Numbered from the stretch's first letter, positions 1 to 12,038 are shown. The stretch is 64,000 bases of DNA from Carcharhinus amblyrhynchos (GCA_965287045.1 OZ336880.1:40796001-40860000); one strand, 5' to 3'. Notes: generated by a model from the letters alone, not told the origin. Translations and numbers: made by a program.

Positions 1-754
1 TGCTTCTATAAAATGTAAATATAAGCTTGTCTTTGAATATCTGCAGCTGTGTATAACATATAAGACCACACGACATATAACTACCAAATTAGAACATGTC
101 TCCATTTTATACGATTGAGAAATATTGTATAACCATGTGCATTTTCTTTTCTTTGTTCAATCTTTTATAATTATTAAAAGAAACTTGTGCAAGGAGCTTT
201 GTATATCATAATATTGTCACTACTATTATAACCTTTGCATAAAAATTACTTGCAACAGAAAGCACAAACTACATTTAATCCTTTTTTACAATCAGATTGA
301 ATTACACATCCTCATGCATTCTGAACTGTTCGCAAATCTTAATTGTGAACAATTAATCGGTAATATGAAGCAAATGTGAGGTTTTATGTTAAAATAGGAA
401 TTTCTGTGCCAGAGGGATCACTGTTTATTAACAAAATTATTTGATCAGTTGCTTTGGAATGAAGAGACTGTTAATCTGATTTGGTGATTGATAGAAGCAG
501 TTGTTAGAATCAATGTGTCATCAGTGATTGATGCTTTCAGTCACGCACCATTGCTAAAAGCTTGATTCTTTATCAGTTTAGTGATAATTGGAATACACAA
601 AAGTAAAGATCAAGAAAATGAGACAATAAAAGTGATGACTGTATTTGAATTAAATCCAATAATTGTGACCATGGGCATTGAATATTACTTAGAACTAATG
701 TGCCAAAATTAGCACAGTCTGCATAAAAGCAAAGTGACAGGCGACATTGGCTTG

Positions 755-855
755 CCTAAAATGGTTTCATTATCCCATGATGCCCTGCTGTAGTGGCCAA
801 TCAGAAGTGTCTAAGAAATGATGTTGCATATTTTCAACAGAGTTGTGGTATATAA
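755..855 (+). promoter_or_regulatory. ttn: Titin core promoter: CArG box CCTAAAATGG (755-764), CCAAT (797-801), TATA-like TATATAA (849-855)
   Basis: Consensus motifs read directly; the TATA-like element is ~30 nt upstream of the inferred exon 1 start. Confidence 0.6.
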
Positions 856-881
856 GGTAAAACCACCATGTTAGCACTTCT

Positions 882-1079
882 GAGCGGTTCAGGCATTCCC
901 AGCCTTGCCTCGGGTGTAGGGATTGCATGGAACCTCCGGGTAGTTTTGTTTCCTTAACATAAGAGGAAAGCTCCATTCTCTCAGTGGATTGTTGGAAAAA
1001 TTCTGAATAAGGAGGTGGTTTCCGAAGCTTTAAGACCTTTGGGCTTAGCCCTATAACTTAGGCACTCTTGAATATTCAG
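882..1079 (+). other. ttn: Titin exon 1 (non-coding 5' UTR)
   Basis: Blocks GCATTCCCAGCCTTGCCTCGGGTGTAGGGATTGCAT, TTGGGCTTAG and TTAGGCACTCTTGA resemble the human TTN 5' UTR as recalled; ends at CAG|GTTAGT. Start is approximate. Confidence 0.75.
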
Positions 1080-1394
1080 GTTAGTAAATCAATCTTTCTT
1101 CTAACAGAGCATTTTGTTTTCATGGTAATAAAATGAATTCAGCTGAATTTGTATATGAAGCAATAAATACATGTTTGAGCGTAAAAAGTTGAGAAAACCG
1201 CTGGTTGAGATATATTTACCTATACCTTATTAAGTCTAGACAATGGTACTCAATCTTCTGAGTGTAAATTGAATTTATTGAACATTTTTTAAAGACAAAT
1301 CAAATTCAGTGGTTTAAATCTAAATTACTTAAGACATTCAAACTGCAATCAAAAGTTTTCAAGGTTATCCTATAGACAGATAAATTAAGAACTG

Positions 1395-1404
1395 CTAAAA
1401 ATAG
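1395..1404 (+). promoter_or_regulatory. MEF2 site CTAAAAATAG in intron 1
   Basis: Exact match to YTA(A/T)4TAR. Confidence 0.5.
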
Positions 1405-1670
1405 CACTGATTTTATGCATCTGGTATCAGCTAAGCAGTGATGTCTTTTTAAGGGAATCAGCACTGAGCTATTAGCTGTGCCACCAGCTATGTAACACAT
1501 GTCCCTTGTCAATCAAAGTCATCTAACTAAATTTAGAACTCTTTTCTGTTGCCAACTGCATAGTTAATCCTTATTTAAAGAAACTGAGAATAATATTTGT
1601 AAGATGTTGCAAATTAATTTGCCTTGCACTAAATATTTATTCTAAATAAAATGTATTCATCTATATTACC

Positions 1671-1714
1671 TTCCATGTATTTATATGCCATATTCCATGT
1701 ATTTATATGCCATA
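1671..1714. repeat. 22-bp perfect tandem duplication TTCCATGTATTTATATGCCATA x2
   Basis: Read directly. Confidence 0.85.
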
Positions 1715-2450
1715 TTCGTTTCCATTTAAACTAATATTTGTGTGTAACTTTTTAAACTTCAAGATCAGAATTATATACGAGTTTAGTTAAATCTCAGGTT
1801 ATAGAAAATGTGGGTGGAGTGGAGCAAGAAAATATTTTCAACAACTGAAGCACACCTCGCACAAAATATTTATTTGTTCATTTTAATCGAATAAATAGTT
1901 AATTGAAACAATTCTTCTATAGTGCGGCACGGTGATCTAACACAGGAGTGCTCAATACTTCATTGTTGCGTTTTTTAGTTATCTGTTAAAGCATTCCACC
2001 GCAGTTGCCAGAAATGTCATGAGCAGTTAAATCCGGTTATCAGTAATGTTTGCTCAAGCACTGAGTCGATTCACAGTCCAAATATATTTAAACTGGATAT
2101 TGCTGTAGTCACTGAATTGACATTATAAAATACATGCGATTACGATAAAATAAAGTTCCATAAAGGTTGAACTGAGGATAACTACAAATTGCATGCATAC
2201 ACAAAAATCATTCTGGCCCACAATTTATGTATTATTCTGAAACAGTAATAGCGTTCAAACTAAATTGGATTCTTACCACTGACTTGCAACAAACTAACGA
2301 GCAGCCTGTGTGTCAGTCAGATATAAAAATGTGACTTCGGAAAAATGTTTATTCGTTTCATTCCTTGAAATAATGGCCAATGTAACGTTTCTAAGAAGTC
2401 CCGTTACTAACTATCCATGTTCCTTTTTTTTGTTTAGAGTGCCTACAAAA

Positions 2451-2541
2451 ATGGCAACACAAGCTCCGACTTTTTTACATCCGCTTCAAAGTGTTGTGGC
2501 ACTTGAGGGTAGTGTCGCAACCTTTGAAGCGCATATTAGTG
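2451..2541 (+). CDS. ttn: Titin exon 2 coding part (exon starts 2438): start codon, N-terminal half of Ig Z1
   Basis: MATQAPTFLHPLQSVVALEGSVATFEAHISG, the titin N-terminus; TAG acceptor, G|GTAAGT donor. Confidence 0.97.
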
Positions 2542-2991
2542 GTAAGTTAACTTTCTAAGTGTCAGCTCAATTCAAACAGATACAAAGGACACCCAATAGA
2601 GTTTAAAAATTAATTGGATAGTCGCTTCTGCTGTTGAATGCACACCTGTCTGTCATATTGTGCATTTTATTCAGGGATCAGTAAAATAATTGTTCCCTGC
2701 TACAGTTACTTAACGATATCGATCGCTGAAAAAATGTATCACAGTATTGCTTAATTTATTGTCTAGATGCATATATAAATAAACACGTTCCCCACAACCA
2801 CCCCCTCCCCAAAGAGTAACTGATCAAATCCGAGCAATGCAAACTGAAATACATATTTGTTTTATTTCTACACTATTGTGCCCAAGTTTAATTTTGTTTG
2901 CAAAATCTGTGTGTGTGAGTGGCTCTAGTGTCTGTGTGTAAGCTGCACTGGAGCCCCCCCCGCCTGACTGTTGTTCTCTGTGTTTGGTCAG

Positions 2992-3195
2992 GATTGCCAG
3001 TTCCTGAGGTGAGCTGGTTCAGAGATGGCCAGGTTCTCTCCGCTGCTGCTCTCCCGGGCGCAGAGATTTCTTTTAGCGACGGCCGCGCTAAGCTGACTAT
3101 CTCTCGCGTGACGCCCGCGCACAGCGGCAGGTTCTCTGTGCGAGCCACCAATGGATCAGGACAAGCGACTAGTACCGCCGAACTGCTGGTGACAG
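2992..3195 (+). CDS. ttn: Titin exon 3, Ig Z1 C-terminal half
   Basis: LPVPEVSWFRDGQV...SGQATSTAELLVT; AG/GT bounded, phase 1-1. Confidence 0.96.
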
Positions 3196-3684
3196 GTCAG
3201 TAATGCCCAGGAGAGGGGCTGGGCTAGGGGACAGACCTCATTGAAAACATCCTGCAACTCCCTCATCAACCACATGGGAGGCTGCAGACACACCGCCATC
3301 GAGTTTGTTGAGTTTTACTCTATAATCCTGAAAATACATGTCTTAAACTGGTTAAAAATACTATACTCAGAGGTTTGGCTACTCTTACTTCACACCCTTA
3401 GCTCATACATCATAAACACTTGAGGGGCTGAATGTTCGCGTCTGAAGTGTTTCTAACGCCCCTGAACAGTCACTGAGCTGGATTGACAGAGAAGGGGGGA
3501 ATCAGTCACATGGCCATGGCGACAGGTTGTCTGATTAATGGTGATAGGCGTGTTCCTCTGGCAGACCCAATCAGGGGCCCTCCAACTTGAGAGCAGCTGC
3601 AGCCTGCAGAAAAGGTCAGGAATTGAGGGTACTTCAACATGAGGGCAACTTCTTTAAGAATTTAAGCATGAATTTGGAGTACCT

Positions 3685-4930
3685 CTGGAGACCCATTCAG
3701 CCTGCTGCGCCATTCAGCAAGATCATGGCTAACCTGACTGTAACTTCAATCCTGCCCATCCTGCAGAAGCTTTCACCCCCTTCTTAATCAAGAATCGATC
3801 TATCGCTGCCTGAAAAATATTCAAACGCTCTGCTGCCACTGCCTTTTGAGGAAGAAAGTTCCCGAGACTTGTAACCCCCTGACAGAAAAATATTTCCCTC
3901 ATCTATGTCTTAAATGAGCAACCCTGTAGTTTTAAACAGTGACCCCTCATTCTAGATTCTCCAACAAGACGAAAGATTGACCGGAATTCTTCCACATTGT
4001 CCGCCACGGAATCGGAGCGGGCACGGGTCCTAAAATGGAAATCTCCATTGACCTCGGGTGGAAATTTCCAGTCTCATCCGAGTGAGGCCATAGAATTCTT
4101 TTTCATCCACTCTGTCATCACCCCTCAGAATCTTAAAGGTTTTGATCAAGTTGCCTCTTATTCTTCTAAATGCTAGTGGATACAAACCTTACTTTCCAAC
4201 CTTTCCACGTAAAACAACCCACCCTTTACTGATATTTTTCTAGGAAGTCTTCTCTGTGCTGTTTCTAACATAGTTACATCTTTCCTTAAATAAGGAAACT
4301 AATACTATACTGCAAATGTGGTCTCACTAATGCCTTGTACTAAAGCATACCTAGAACATAGAACCCTACAGTGCAGAAACAGGACCTTCGGCCCATCGAG
4401 TCTGCACCGACCACAATCCCACCCAGGCCCTATCCCCATATCCCTACATATTTACCCGCTAATCCCTCTAACCTACACATCCCAGGACACTAAGGGGCAA
4501 TTTTAGCATGGCCAATCAACCTAACCAGCACATCTTTGGACTGTGGGAGGAAACCGGAGCACCCGGAGGAAACCCACACAGACACGAGGAGAATGTGCAA
4601 ATTCCACACAGACAGTGACCCGAGTCGAGAATCGAACCCAGGACCTGCTCTACTTTTGTAATCAATTCCCCTCACAGTAAGCAATAACATCCTATTAGCT
4701 TTCCTAATCACTTGATGCACCTGTATACCATCCTTTTGTGATTTATGTACTAAAACACCCAGATCCCTTTGCATCTCAGAACTCTCTGCAATCTCTCAAT
4801 AAAGTTCTTTTATAGCCTTTCTGCCAAAATGGGCAATTTCATATTTGCCCACATTATACCCCATTTGTCTGATTTTGGTCCATTCACTTAACCTATCTAT
4901 GTTCCTTTGTAACCTCTTTACATCCTCTTC
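3685..4930 (-). mobile_element. CR1-type LINE 3' fragment, interrupted by a MITE-like insert (~3980-4100) and a SINE
   Basis: Minus-strand peptide QRDLGVLVHKSQK..QVHQVIRKANRML...RGIDYKSR is typical of the CR1 ORF2 C-terminus. Ends are approximate. Confidence 0.75.
4352..4645 (-). mobile_element. tRNA-derived elasmobranch SINE (HE1/V-SINE-like), 5'-truncated, nested in CR1
   Basis: Reverse complement of the 6204-6518 family; B-box GGTTCGATTC and TTCTATG tail. Confidence 0.85.
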
Positions 4931-6203
4931 AGAACAAAGAGCCAAGTCACTGCTTTGCAGGCTTGGGGGATGGAGAGAGATGGGGGGGGGGTAGTAATCC
5001 CTTTATAGGAGAGCCCTTTGCTGCACCCACACCAAGAGAGGCAGGAATGATCCAAAGTCTACCCACCTTGTGGGGCAGGTAACTGTGCTGAGCCCTGAAC
5101 TCACAGTGACCAAAATGGCTGGCACCAGGAATAGGTGTTTGAAAACTCCAGCGCTGGTATTTTTGGGCCCCATTTGCCTCTGTTCCCAATCCTGACAGGG
5201 CCCAAAAATTCTGCCCCACATATTCTCAGAATTGCCAGCCTCATCATGAGGGAAACTCTTAAAAACCAAATAATTTAATATAAAATCTACCCCTTTTTTT
5301 ACAAAAGAAAAACAAACCATTATAAATTCAGTGTTTTATCAACCTCATTAGTGGCATATTTAATCCCCAACAGGAATGAACGTATTGCAAAATTCTATCA
5401 CTGCCCTGTTAGGGTGTAAGAAGGCCTAATTTCAATGATCAAAGTCCTGTACATCTAAAGAAACAGTTATTTTTCAGGCTTCCAGTGTGGCTACCTCAGA
5501 TGTTAATTTGACCCATTGCATGGACTAATGAGAGGTCTGATTTAGGGCCCTTCTGGAAAACTAGGTTGCTTAAAAAACACTAACCAGTAGGGGGAGTGGT
5601 CTCTCTTGTAAGGCTCACTCATCTCCTCCCCACCCATTCAGTGAGGGCATATGGAATATCCTTCTTGGAAAGCTCAGTAGTTTCCTTCTCCCATCCCTTT
5701 CCCCTATTGAGAGTTGATGAGTGTGAGTCCATATGTGGAAGTCTCTGCAAAAGCGTCCCTCTATTACCCATGGTCTCCTGTTCCTTCAACCCCTCCCCTT
5801 TCCCCACCCACTCAACAAACTTGGGCATCGTGGAGTGACACGCGACTGCTTAAAGTCCCCTCCTCTGGGGCTCTTGTGTGCACCAAGCACGTAAGAGGGA
5901 TGAATGTCCCGAAGCCACCAACAGATGCTTTGTCTCTGTCTCTGTCTCTGGCTAAACCATAAACTTTGGCACAGTATGTTACATTATGCCATTACTCAGG
6001 TATTTATTTAAGCACACACCTCGCCACTTTAGATTGCAAACTCAACAGAGCAAGTTGAAGTGTCGGCATGACCAAATGGGTGCACATATGCAGGAAGTTT
6101 TCAGAGCCTGTCTTTCCATTCCTCCAACCACAGTGAATAACTTCCCAACATTATTCTATTTCTTTTAACTTGATGCCCACTCACATAATCCTTCTATATC
6201 TCT

Positions 6204-6518
6204 GGGGCAGCAAGTGGCACAGTGGTTAGCATTGCTGCCTCACAGCGCCAGGGACCCCAGGTTTGATTCCTGGCTTGGGTGAGTGTCTGTGTGGAGTCTG
6301 CAATTCTCCTCATGTTTGCATGGGTTTTCCCAGGCTACTCTGCTTTCCTCCCATAGCCCAAAAATGTGTGGGTTAGGTTGATTGGTCATGCTAGATTGCT
6401 TCTTAGTGTTAGGAGGATGTCAGGGTGGGGTTACAGGGATAGGGCCTGGGTGGGATTGTTGTTGGTGTAGGCTCAATGGGCTGAATGGCCTCCTTCTACA
6501 CTGTAGGGATTCTATGAT
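6204..6518 (+). mobile_element. HE1/V-SINE-like element, near full length
   Basis: A-box GTGGCACAGTGG, B-box-like GGTTTGATTCC, central GGTTTTCC/TTTCCTCCCA domain, CTGTAGGGATTCTATGA tail. Confidence 0.85.
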
Positions 6519-7006
6519 CTCTAGCCTCTGTCCATTTCACAACTTATGTTTCCACCTAGCTTTGTAATGTCAGCAAGTTTGGATACATTCCTCCTGGTCC
6601 TTTTGCCTAAGCCATTAATATAGATAGCAAGTAGCTGCGGCTGAGCACTGATCCTAGCAGCAATCCACTAGATCCAGCATTTTCCCAACAACCGATGTCA
6701 GGATAACTGGCCTGTAGCTCCCTGTTTTATCTTTCTTAAATAATAGTGTTACACTTGCTAATTTCCAGCCTGCTGAGAATCATTTTAGAATGTGGAAAGT
6801 TTTGGAAAATTATAACCAGAGCGTTCAGTGAGGTGTTTCATCGATCTGGATTATTGGATAGAAAATCATGGGAATTGTTACCTGAATTCACATTATCTAC
6901 CCTCAGCAGGTGATCTCTTCTTGGAGCATCAATTGTAAAGTTACCATTCTCTATTCATTAGCACTCTTCAATCTGAGTTCAAAAAGCAAAAAAAAACAAC
7001 TGAACA

Positions 7007-7178
7007 AGTCCAAAAGATATGCGGGTTAGGTTGATTGGCCATGCTAAATTGTCCCTTGGTGTCAGGGGGATTAGCAGGGTAAATACATGGGGTTATGGGG
7101 ATAGAGCAAGGGACTCTTATCAGTGTAGGCTCAATGGGCTGAATGGCCTCCTTCTGCACTGTAGAGATTCTATGATTC
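7007..7178 (+). mobile_element. HE1/V-SINE-like 3' half
   Basis: GTCCAAAAGATATGCGGGTTAGG...TTCTATGATTC matches the other copies. Confidence 0.8.
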
Positions 7179-7346
7179 CAAGTTAACCTTCTGTGATGCT
7201 GTTAACCAGGAGATATTTTTTACCTCCATTGCTTGTGTTGTAAACTGATGGTGCAGATCACTGGCCTGAAATAGAGTCTGCTTGACTTCATTTCTGTATA
7301 GAAATTAAAATTAGACAGTTATTGTAACAAACTGAAGATACCCACA

Positions 7347-7508
7347 TAATAAACGCAAATTACTGCGGATGCTGGAAGCTGAAACCAAAAGAGAAAATGC
7401 TGGAAAATCTTTGCAGGTCTGGCTTTGACAAAGGGTCATCAGCTCTTTTCTCTCCTTACAGATGCTGCCAGACCTGCTGAGATTTTCCAACATTTTCTCT
7501 TTTGGTTA
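7347..7508. mobile_element. Penelope-like inverted-repeat element (family B), hammerhead core deleted
   Basis: Arm AACCAAAAGAGAAAATGCTGGAAAATCT and its reverse complement; flanking direct repeat GAAGATACCC at 7334-7343 and 7509-7518. Confidence 0.6.
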
Positions 7509-7839
7509 GAAGATACCCTCAGGTGTTTTATGGCTGAAAATGACAGTTATCCCCATACACATTCCCTGAAAGCTGGGTATGGTTCAGCAGTAGTTTAGAT
7601 TGTATATTAGGGAGCCCTGTGAAGAACAGAATATTGCATTGGATAATAGCAAAAGCACTATTTAGGGACAAAAGACAAATCAAGTCTAATTAGAAAAGAT
7701 CAGTTCTTGTGGTAGTGACATATTTAAAGTGTGGTGTGTTTGTCATGTGCAAGATTTTTAGTTATGTAGATTGCTACACAATAACATGATTCAAGAGAGC
7801 TATAAATTTAAATTTAGATATTTCTTTCACATATTGCAG

Positions 7840-8127
7840 CAGAGACAGCACCTCCCAACTTTATACAGAGACTACAAAGCATGACTGCAAGACAAGGATC
7901 CAAAGTTAGACTGGACGTTCGTGTAACCGGAATCCCTACACCTGTGGTGAAGTTCTACAGGGAAGGAGCAGAAATCCAGAGTTCTCCCGACTTCCAGATT
8001 GTACAAGATGGTGATTTGTACAGTTTAATAATTACTGAAGTTTATACGGAAGATTCTGGAACCTTCTCCGTGACAGCCACAAACAGTGTTGGACGTGCCA
8101 CCTCTACAGCCGAGCTCCGCGTCCAAG
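7840..8127 (+). CDS. ttn: Titin exon 4, Ig Z2
   Basis: ETAPPNFIQRLQSMTARQGSKVRLDVRVTGIPTP...; 288 nt, phase 1-1. Confidence 0.97.
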
Positions 8128-8189
8128 GTATTTCTTTGATAGTTGTAATTGCATACATTGAAACAATACTTCGCAAATTCCAAAATTAA

Positions 8190-8304
8190 TTGAAGAGTTA
8201 TTCAGACTTGAAATGTTAGCTTTGTTCTCTTGCCACAGATGCTGAGATTTTCCAGCATTTTCCATTTTTGTTTCAGATTCCAGCATCTGCAGTAGTTTGC
8301 TTTT
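8190..8304 (+). mobile_element. Penelope-like family B fragment in intron 4
   Basis: CAGATGCTGAGATTTTCCAGCATTTT...TTTCAGATTCCAGCATCTGCAGTA shared with 7347-7508. Confidence 0.55.
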
Positions 8305-8334
8305 AACTTTCAATATCATGTTCCTTTTCTACAG

Positions 8335-8423
8335 CTGATGATGAAGTAGTACCAGCTAAAAAGACAAAGACAATTATTGCTTCTTCTGAAATTTCCCAGG
8401 CAAGGAAAGTCCAAGTTGAAAAG
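8335..8423 (+). CDS. ttn: Titin exon 5 (Zis1)
   Basis: DDEVVPAKKTKTIIASSEISQARKVQVEK; CAG acceptor, AAG|GTA donor; phase 1-0. Confidence 0.9.
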
Positions 8424-8518
8424 GTATCTTGGTCTTAATGTTCACTCTGAAATCAACTTTTCTGTAATCTATTTGTTATAATCTGACAATTACAATTTTC
8501 TTTTTGTTTGTATTCCAG

Positions 8519-8736
8519 AAAATGGAAGCTCATTATGAAGCCAGATCTTCAGCATCTGAAATGATTATTGATGGCAGAACAGTAGTGCAGCATTTGCATC
8601 ATAAGACGCCACCACGCATCCCACCAAAACCAATGTCCAGGTCCCCAACTCCGCCACCTACAACTGGCAAAGTAACTCGCCAACAATCCCCATCTCCTGT
8701 TCGTCATGTGAGGGCCCCAGCACCTTCACCTGTTAG
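8519..8736 (+). CDS. ttn: Titin exon 6 (Pro-rich Zis1)
   Basis: KMEAHYEAR...HKTPPRIPPKPMSRSPTPP...SPVR; phase 0-2. Confidence 0.93.
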
Positions 8737-9945
8737 GTAAGGGAAATTTAAATGCTCATATCTTAATATTAAAACATTTTTCTTAATGTGTTTCAAAACT
8801 GATAATTCATGTCAAATAATTAAGTAAAAATCACAATTTTGCTGAATTTCTAAATGAATGATGGGATTCATCAATCTGCTTTTTTTGGGTTCCAATCAAA
8901 GATAAGGTGCATGGAATTAGATCTGTTTTTACCCAAGGATCCATCTGCTGGCCAGAATTTAGAGTTCATGGTGCTATCTAGGGCATTCAGATTGAAGTTC
9001 TTCAGTTGCTTGGATGCACCACATTCCCAAATTGAATTCAGTTGAATCCAATTTCAAAGTTTTCGTTTAGTTTGCAAAGAAAATTGGCGTTGTATTAAAT
9101 GGCAGCTATTTTATAGTGATAGAAGAGTGTAGAATTGATTAGGATCAGAAAAAGGATATTGTAGTCCATCTGGTCAGTGCAAAATTTTAAAAGTGCCAAA
9201 TGATATTCCATTATAACATTCAACCACTTTTTAACCCTCAATCATTTCTTTCAACAAAAAGCTATTCAGTTCCTTGTTGAATTTTCAGGCAATTTTGTTT
9301 CTATTTTTGTTTTTTATAAATATTGTAAATAATCTGAAATACCTGTTTATTGTTCATCTTTTGAGTTTCAACTCATGACCATGATGAAGTCAACCAATAA
9401 TCCAGGGTTCAGTAATTATACTATTAGAGTCTTGAAAATATCAATAACACCTCTCCTGAATCAGCTCTCTTCATTATTCTTACATTAATAATGTAAGTAT
9501 TCTTATTCCTTTAACTTATCTTTAGCTCAAATGCATAATCCCTGATATCTGTTTGCTCTTCCTCCACTTTAATCTCTTCAAAGCCTCAGTGGCATGAAGA
9601 ACTGATTGGCATGTATCCCTCCAGGTGGGTGGGACTGCACCAATTTCTATACAAAACTCATTCTTTGAACTTCTGGGCAGAATGGCAGGATTTTCCAATC
9701 CCTGTGAAGCCAGTGGACTTGCCGTTTTTACGGCATTGCCTCCATCACCACAGGGCAGTAAAATTCTGTCCTATTTTTCTTCTGTTTGCTAAAGACAACA
9801 AGGTTTTGTTTGGAGAAAGGAAAAAAATAATTTCTGAGTGTACAATGATCAAAGGCAGATTTGCCACTTTGACAGCGAGAATTGTACCGTTGCGTCACCA
9901 TTGCAGGAATTATTACATTTAAATACTACATTTTTTAAAATACAG

Positions 9946-10699
9946 ATCTGTGTCTCCGGCTGGAAGACTCTCAACATCACCTATCAGATCTGTCAAATCT
10001 CCAGTTCTTACTCGAAAATCTCAGACAACAGTTGTTGCTGCAGAAGTTATACCTCCTTGGAAGCAGGAAGGCTACGTTTCAGCAGCTGAAGCACAAAAGA
10101 GACAAAGCAAATTAACCACAAGTACCACACAGGTTCATAGAGAAGAAAAATGGGAAAGGAGATATGGAATCCACGGACAGATGACAGTCACTGGTGCTGC
10201 TGGAGCTGCTCAAATGACCACAGTTGAACATGGTGCCAGAGCTGCTGGAGCTGCTGGAATGATGACCATTGCACAAGATGTCAGTGCTGCCAGAGCTGCC
10301 GGAGTTGCAGGAGCTGCTAGAGTTATCACTGCTGAACAAGAAGTCAGTGCTGCCAGAGCTGCCGGAGCTGCAGGAGCTGCTAGAGTTATCACTGCTGAAC
10401 ACGAAGTCAGTGCTGCCAGAGCTGCCGGAGCTGCAGGAGCTGCTAGAGTTATCACTGCTGAACGAGGTGTCAGTGCTGCTGGAGTTACCACAGTTGAAAG
10501 TGAAGCTGGTGCTGCTGGTACTGCTAGAATAACCACAATTGAACAAACTATTAGTGCTCCCCGAATTACCACAGTTGAGCGAGTGACCAGAGTTAGCACA
10601 GCGGAAGGAGCTGCTGGTGCTGTTGGTGCTGCTCGAGTTACCACAGTTGAAGGGAGTGCTGCAGCTGTTGGAATGACTGGTGTTGCTGCTGGCAAAGAG
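9946..10699 (+). CDS. ttn: Titin exon 7 with internal Ala/Gly repeat expansion
   Basis: SVSPAGRLSTSPIRSVKSP...IPPWKQEGY...AAGKE; 754 nt, phase 2-0, GAG|GTAAGA donor. Confidence 0.9.
10280..10468 (+). repeat. 63-bp (21-aa) coding tandem repeat x3, with degenerate copies spanning ~10181-10690
   Basis: Unit GTCAGTGCTGCCAGAGCTGCCGGAGCTGCAGGAGCTGCTAGAGTTATCACTGCTGAAC.. starts at 10280, 10343 and 10406. Confidence 0.92.
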
Positions 10700-11090
10700 G
10701 TAAGACAAATTTACTATTTCATAAAGCATGATCAACTTCTGAGAGAAATAAAGCATTGTTAATAATTCAAATCAGGTCTGTGTGAAAATCTAGGACGTAA
10801 ATGTGTTAGGGGCAATAAGTTTTAAACACAGTAAAAGTTGATTAAAATAGATTGATGTAAAATAGCCAACTTCTTGCTTGGATGTATGGGACAAGTACTC
10901 TATATCTGTAAAGATCTAATAATCAAATTTGTTTTCTTTATGCCTTACAAATGTATGGATTTGCAATATGCATTTTGAATGTTAATTATTCCAATACAGA
11001 TTCATGTTGAAACCATTTTTAAAATTGCATTTAATTTATTACATGGCATATATAACGTAATCCATCTATTTTTTGCTGCAACAAATTCAG

Positions 11091-11243
11091 ACAGAGCATG
11101 CCGTAGGAAAAACAGCAGCTGTTGCTACTGTAATAGCTGCTGTTGACCAAGCCAGAGTACGTGAACCAGTTACTGTAACCACAGAAAGAAGCGCATCAGA
11201 GAAACATGTATTCACAGTACAAGCAGAACTGGTTGAGGATCAG
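11091..11243 (+). CDS. ttn: Titin exon 8, Z-repeat 1
   Basis: TEHAVGKTAAVATVIAAVDQARVREPV..., an alpha-actinin-binding Z-repeat motif; 153 nt, phase 0-0. Confidence 0.9.
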
Positions 11244-12038
11244 GTAGTTTGAAGCACAATGAAAAATAACTTCACACATTTGTTATAAACATGTAACCTT
11301 TTTCTCTCATAATAAATTTCACTGTGAAATCCTCATGTAACAATTAAATATTGTTATATATCCTCTAGTTTTGCCACGTCTCCCTGTAGTGGTATCATTT
11401 AATTTCACTAGAATTTCTTTCTACTTATACCCCTTTGGGTTTGCCACTTCTCATTGGTCCCTTAGTTTCACACTTACTTCCCTTTTTTGATATCTTTTAG
11501 TTTCATCACTATTCCTCTGTGAAGTGTGCACCACCTTGCATGTACATGTCATGTAATTTTAGACGGTTTGCTTAAAATGTATTGGTTATAAATGCATTAA
11601 AGTGTAGTGTGCATTTTTATTGTCAAAAGCAATGCCAGTTTATTTTGTAACTTAAATCTTTACACATTGACTTTTAAGGTTGGAAAGTAAAGTTTCCTTT
11701 TTTAAACTTTCTGGAACAGAATCAGAGTGGACGAAGGTCCGATAATGGAAATCTCCAGTGATTGCTGGAATTTCCGATCTTGTCTGAGCGAGGCCGTAAA
11801 ATCCTACCCGAACCCCTTACGTTTGCCTTGATTAACAAATCGACCAGCTTTTGAAAATAACAGTATCTTTAAAACAAAATAAACTTCCAGGAAATTGTAA
11901 AGAAGAAATATGTTTTCAGATCTCAATGTGATAAATCAAAATGCAAGATGGTATTGCTTTTGAAAGTCATAGTTAATCTTGTGAAATTTAAGATTAGACT
12001 ATGAAAGCCCTCGCAGACTTAGCCCTTGTTGTCTGCAG

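Noticed and set aside
6204-6280. tRNA gene
   Set aside because: The A/B boxes belong to a SINE head followed by SINE body and tail; the same holds for 17314, 17980 and 34300.
10280-10468. Regular repeats as a CRISPR array
   Set aside because: No unique spacers; an in-frame coding repeat in a vertebrate exon.
10112-10756. Long antisense and alternative-frame ORFs (214, 161 and 87 aa) over exon 7
   Set aside because: Shadows of the GCT/GGA-rich 63-bp coding repeat; no independent gene signals.
11244-12038. Hidden Z-repeat 2-6 exons
   Set aside because: No splice-bounded Z-repeat-like frame seen by eye; only AT-rich sequence and a short repeat at ~11715-11810.
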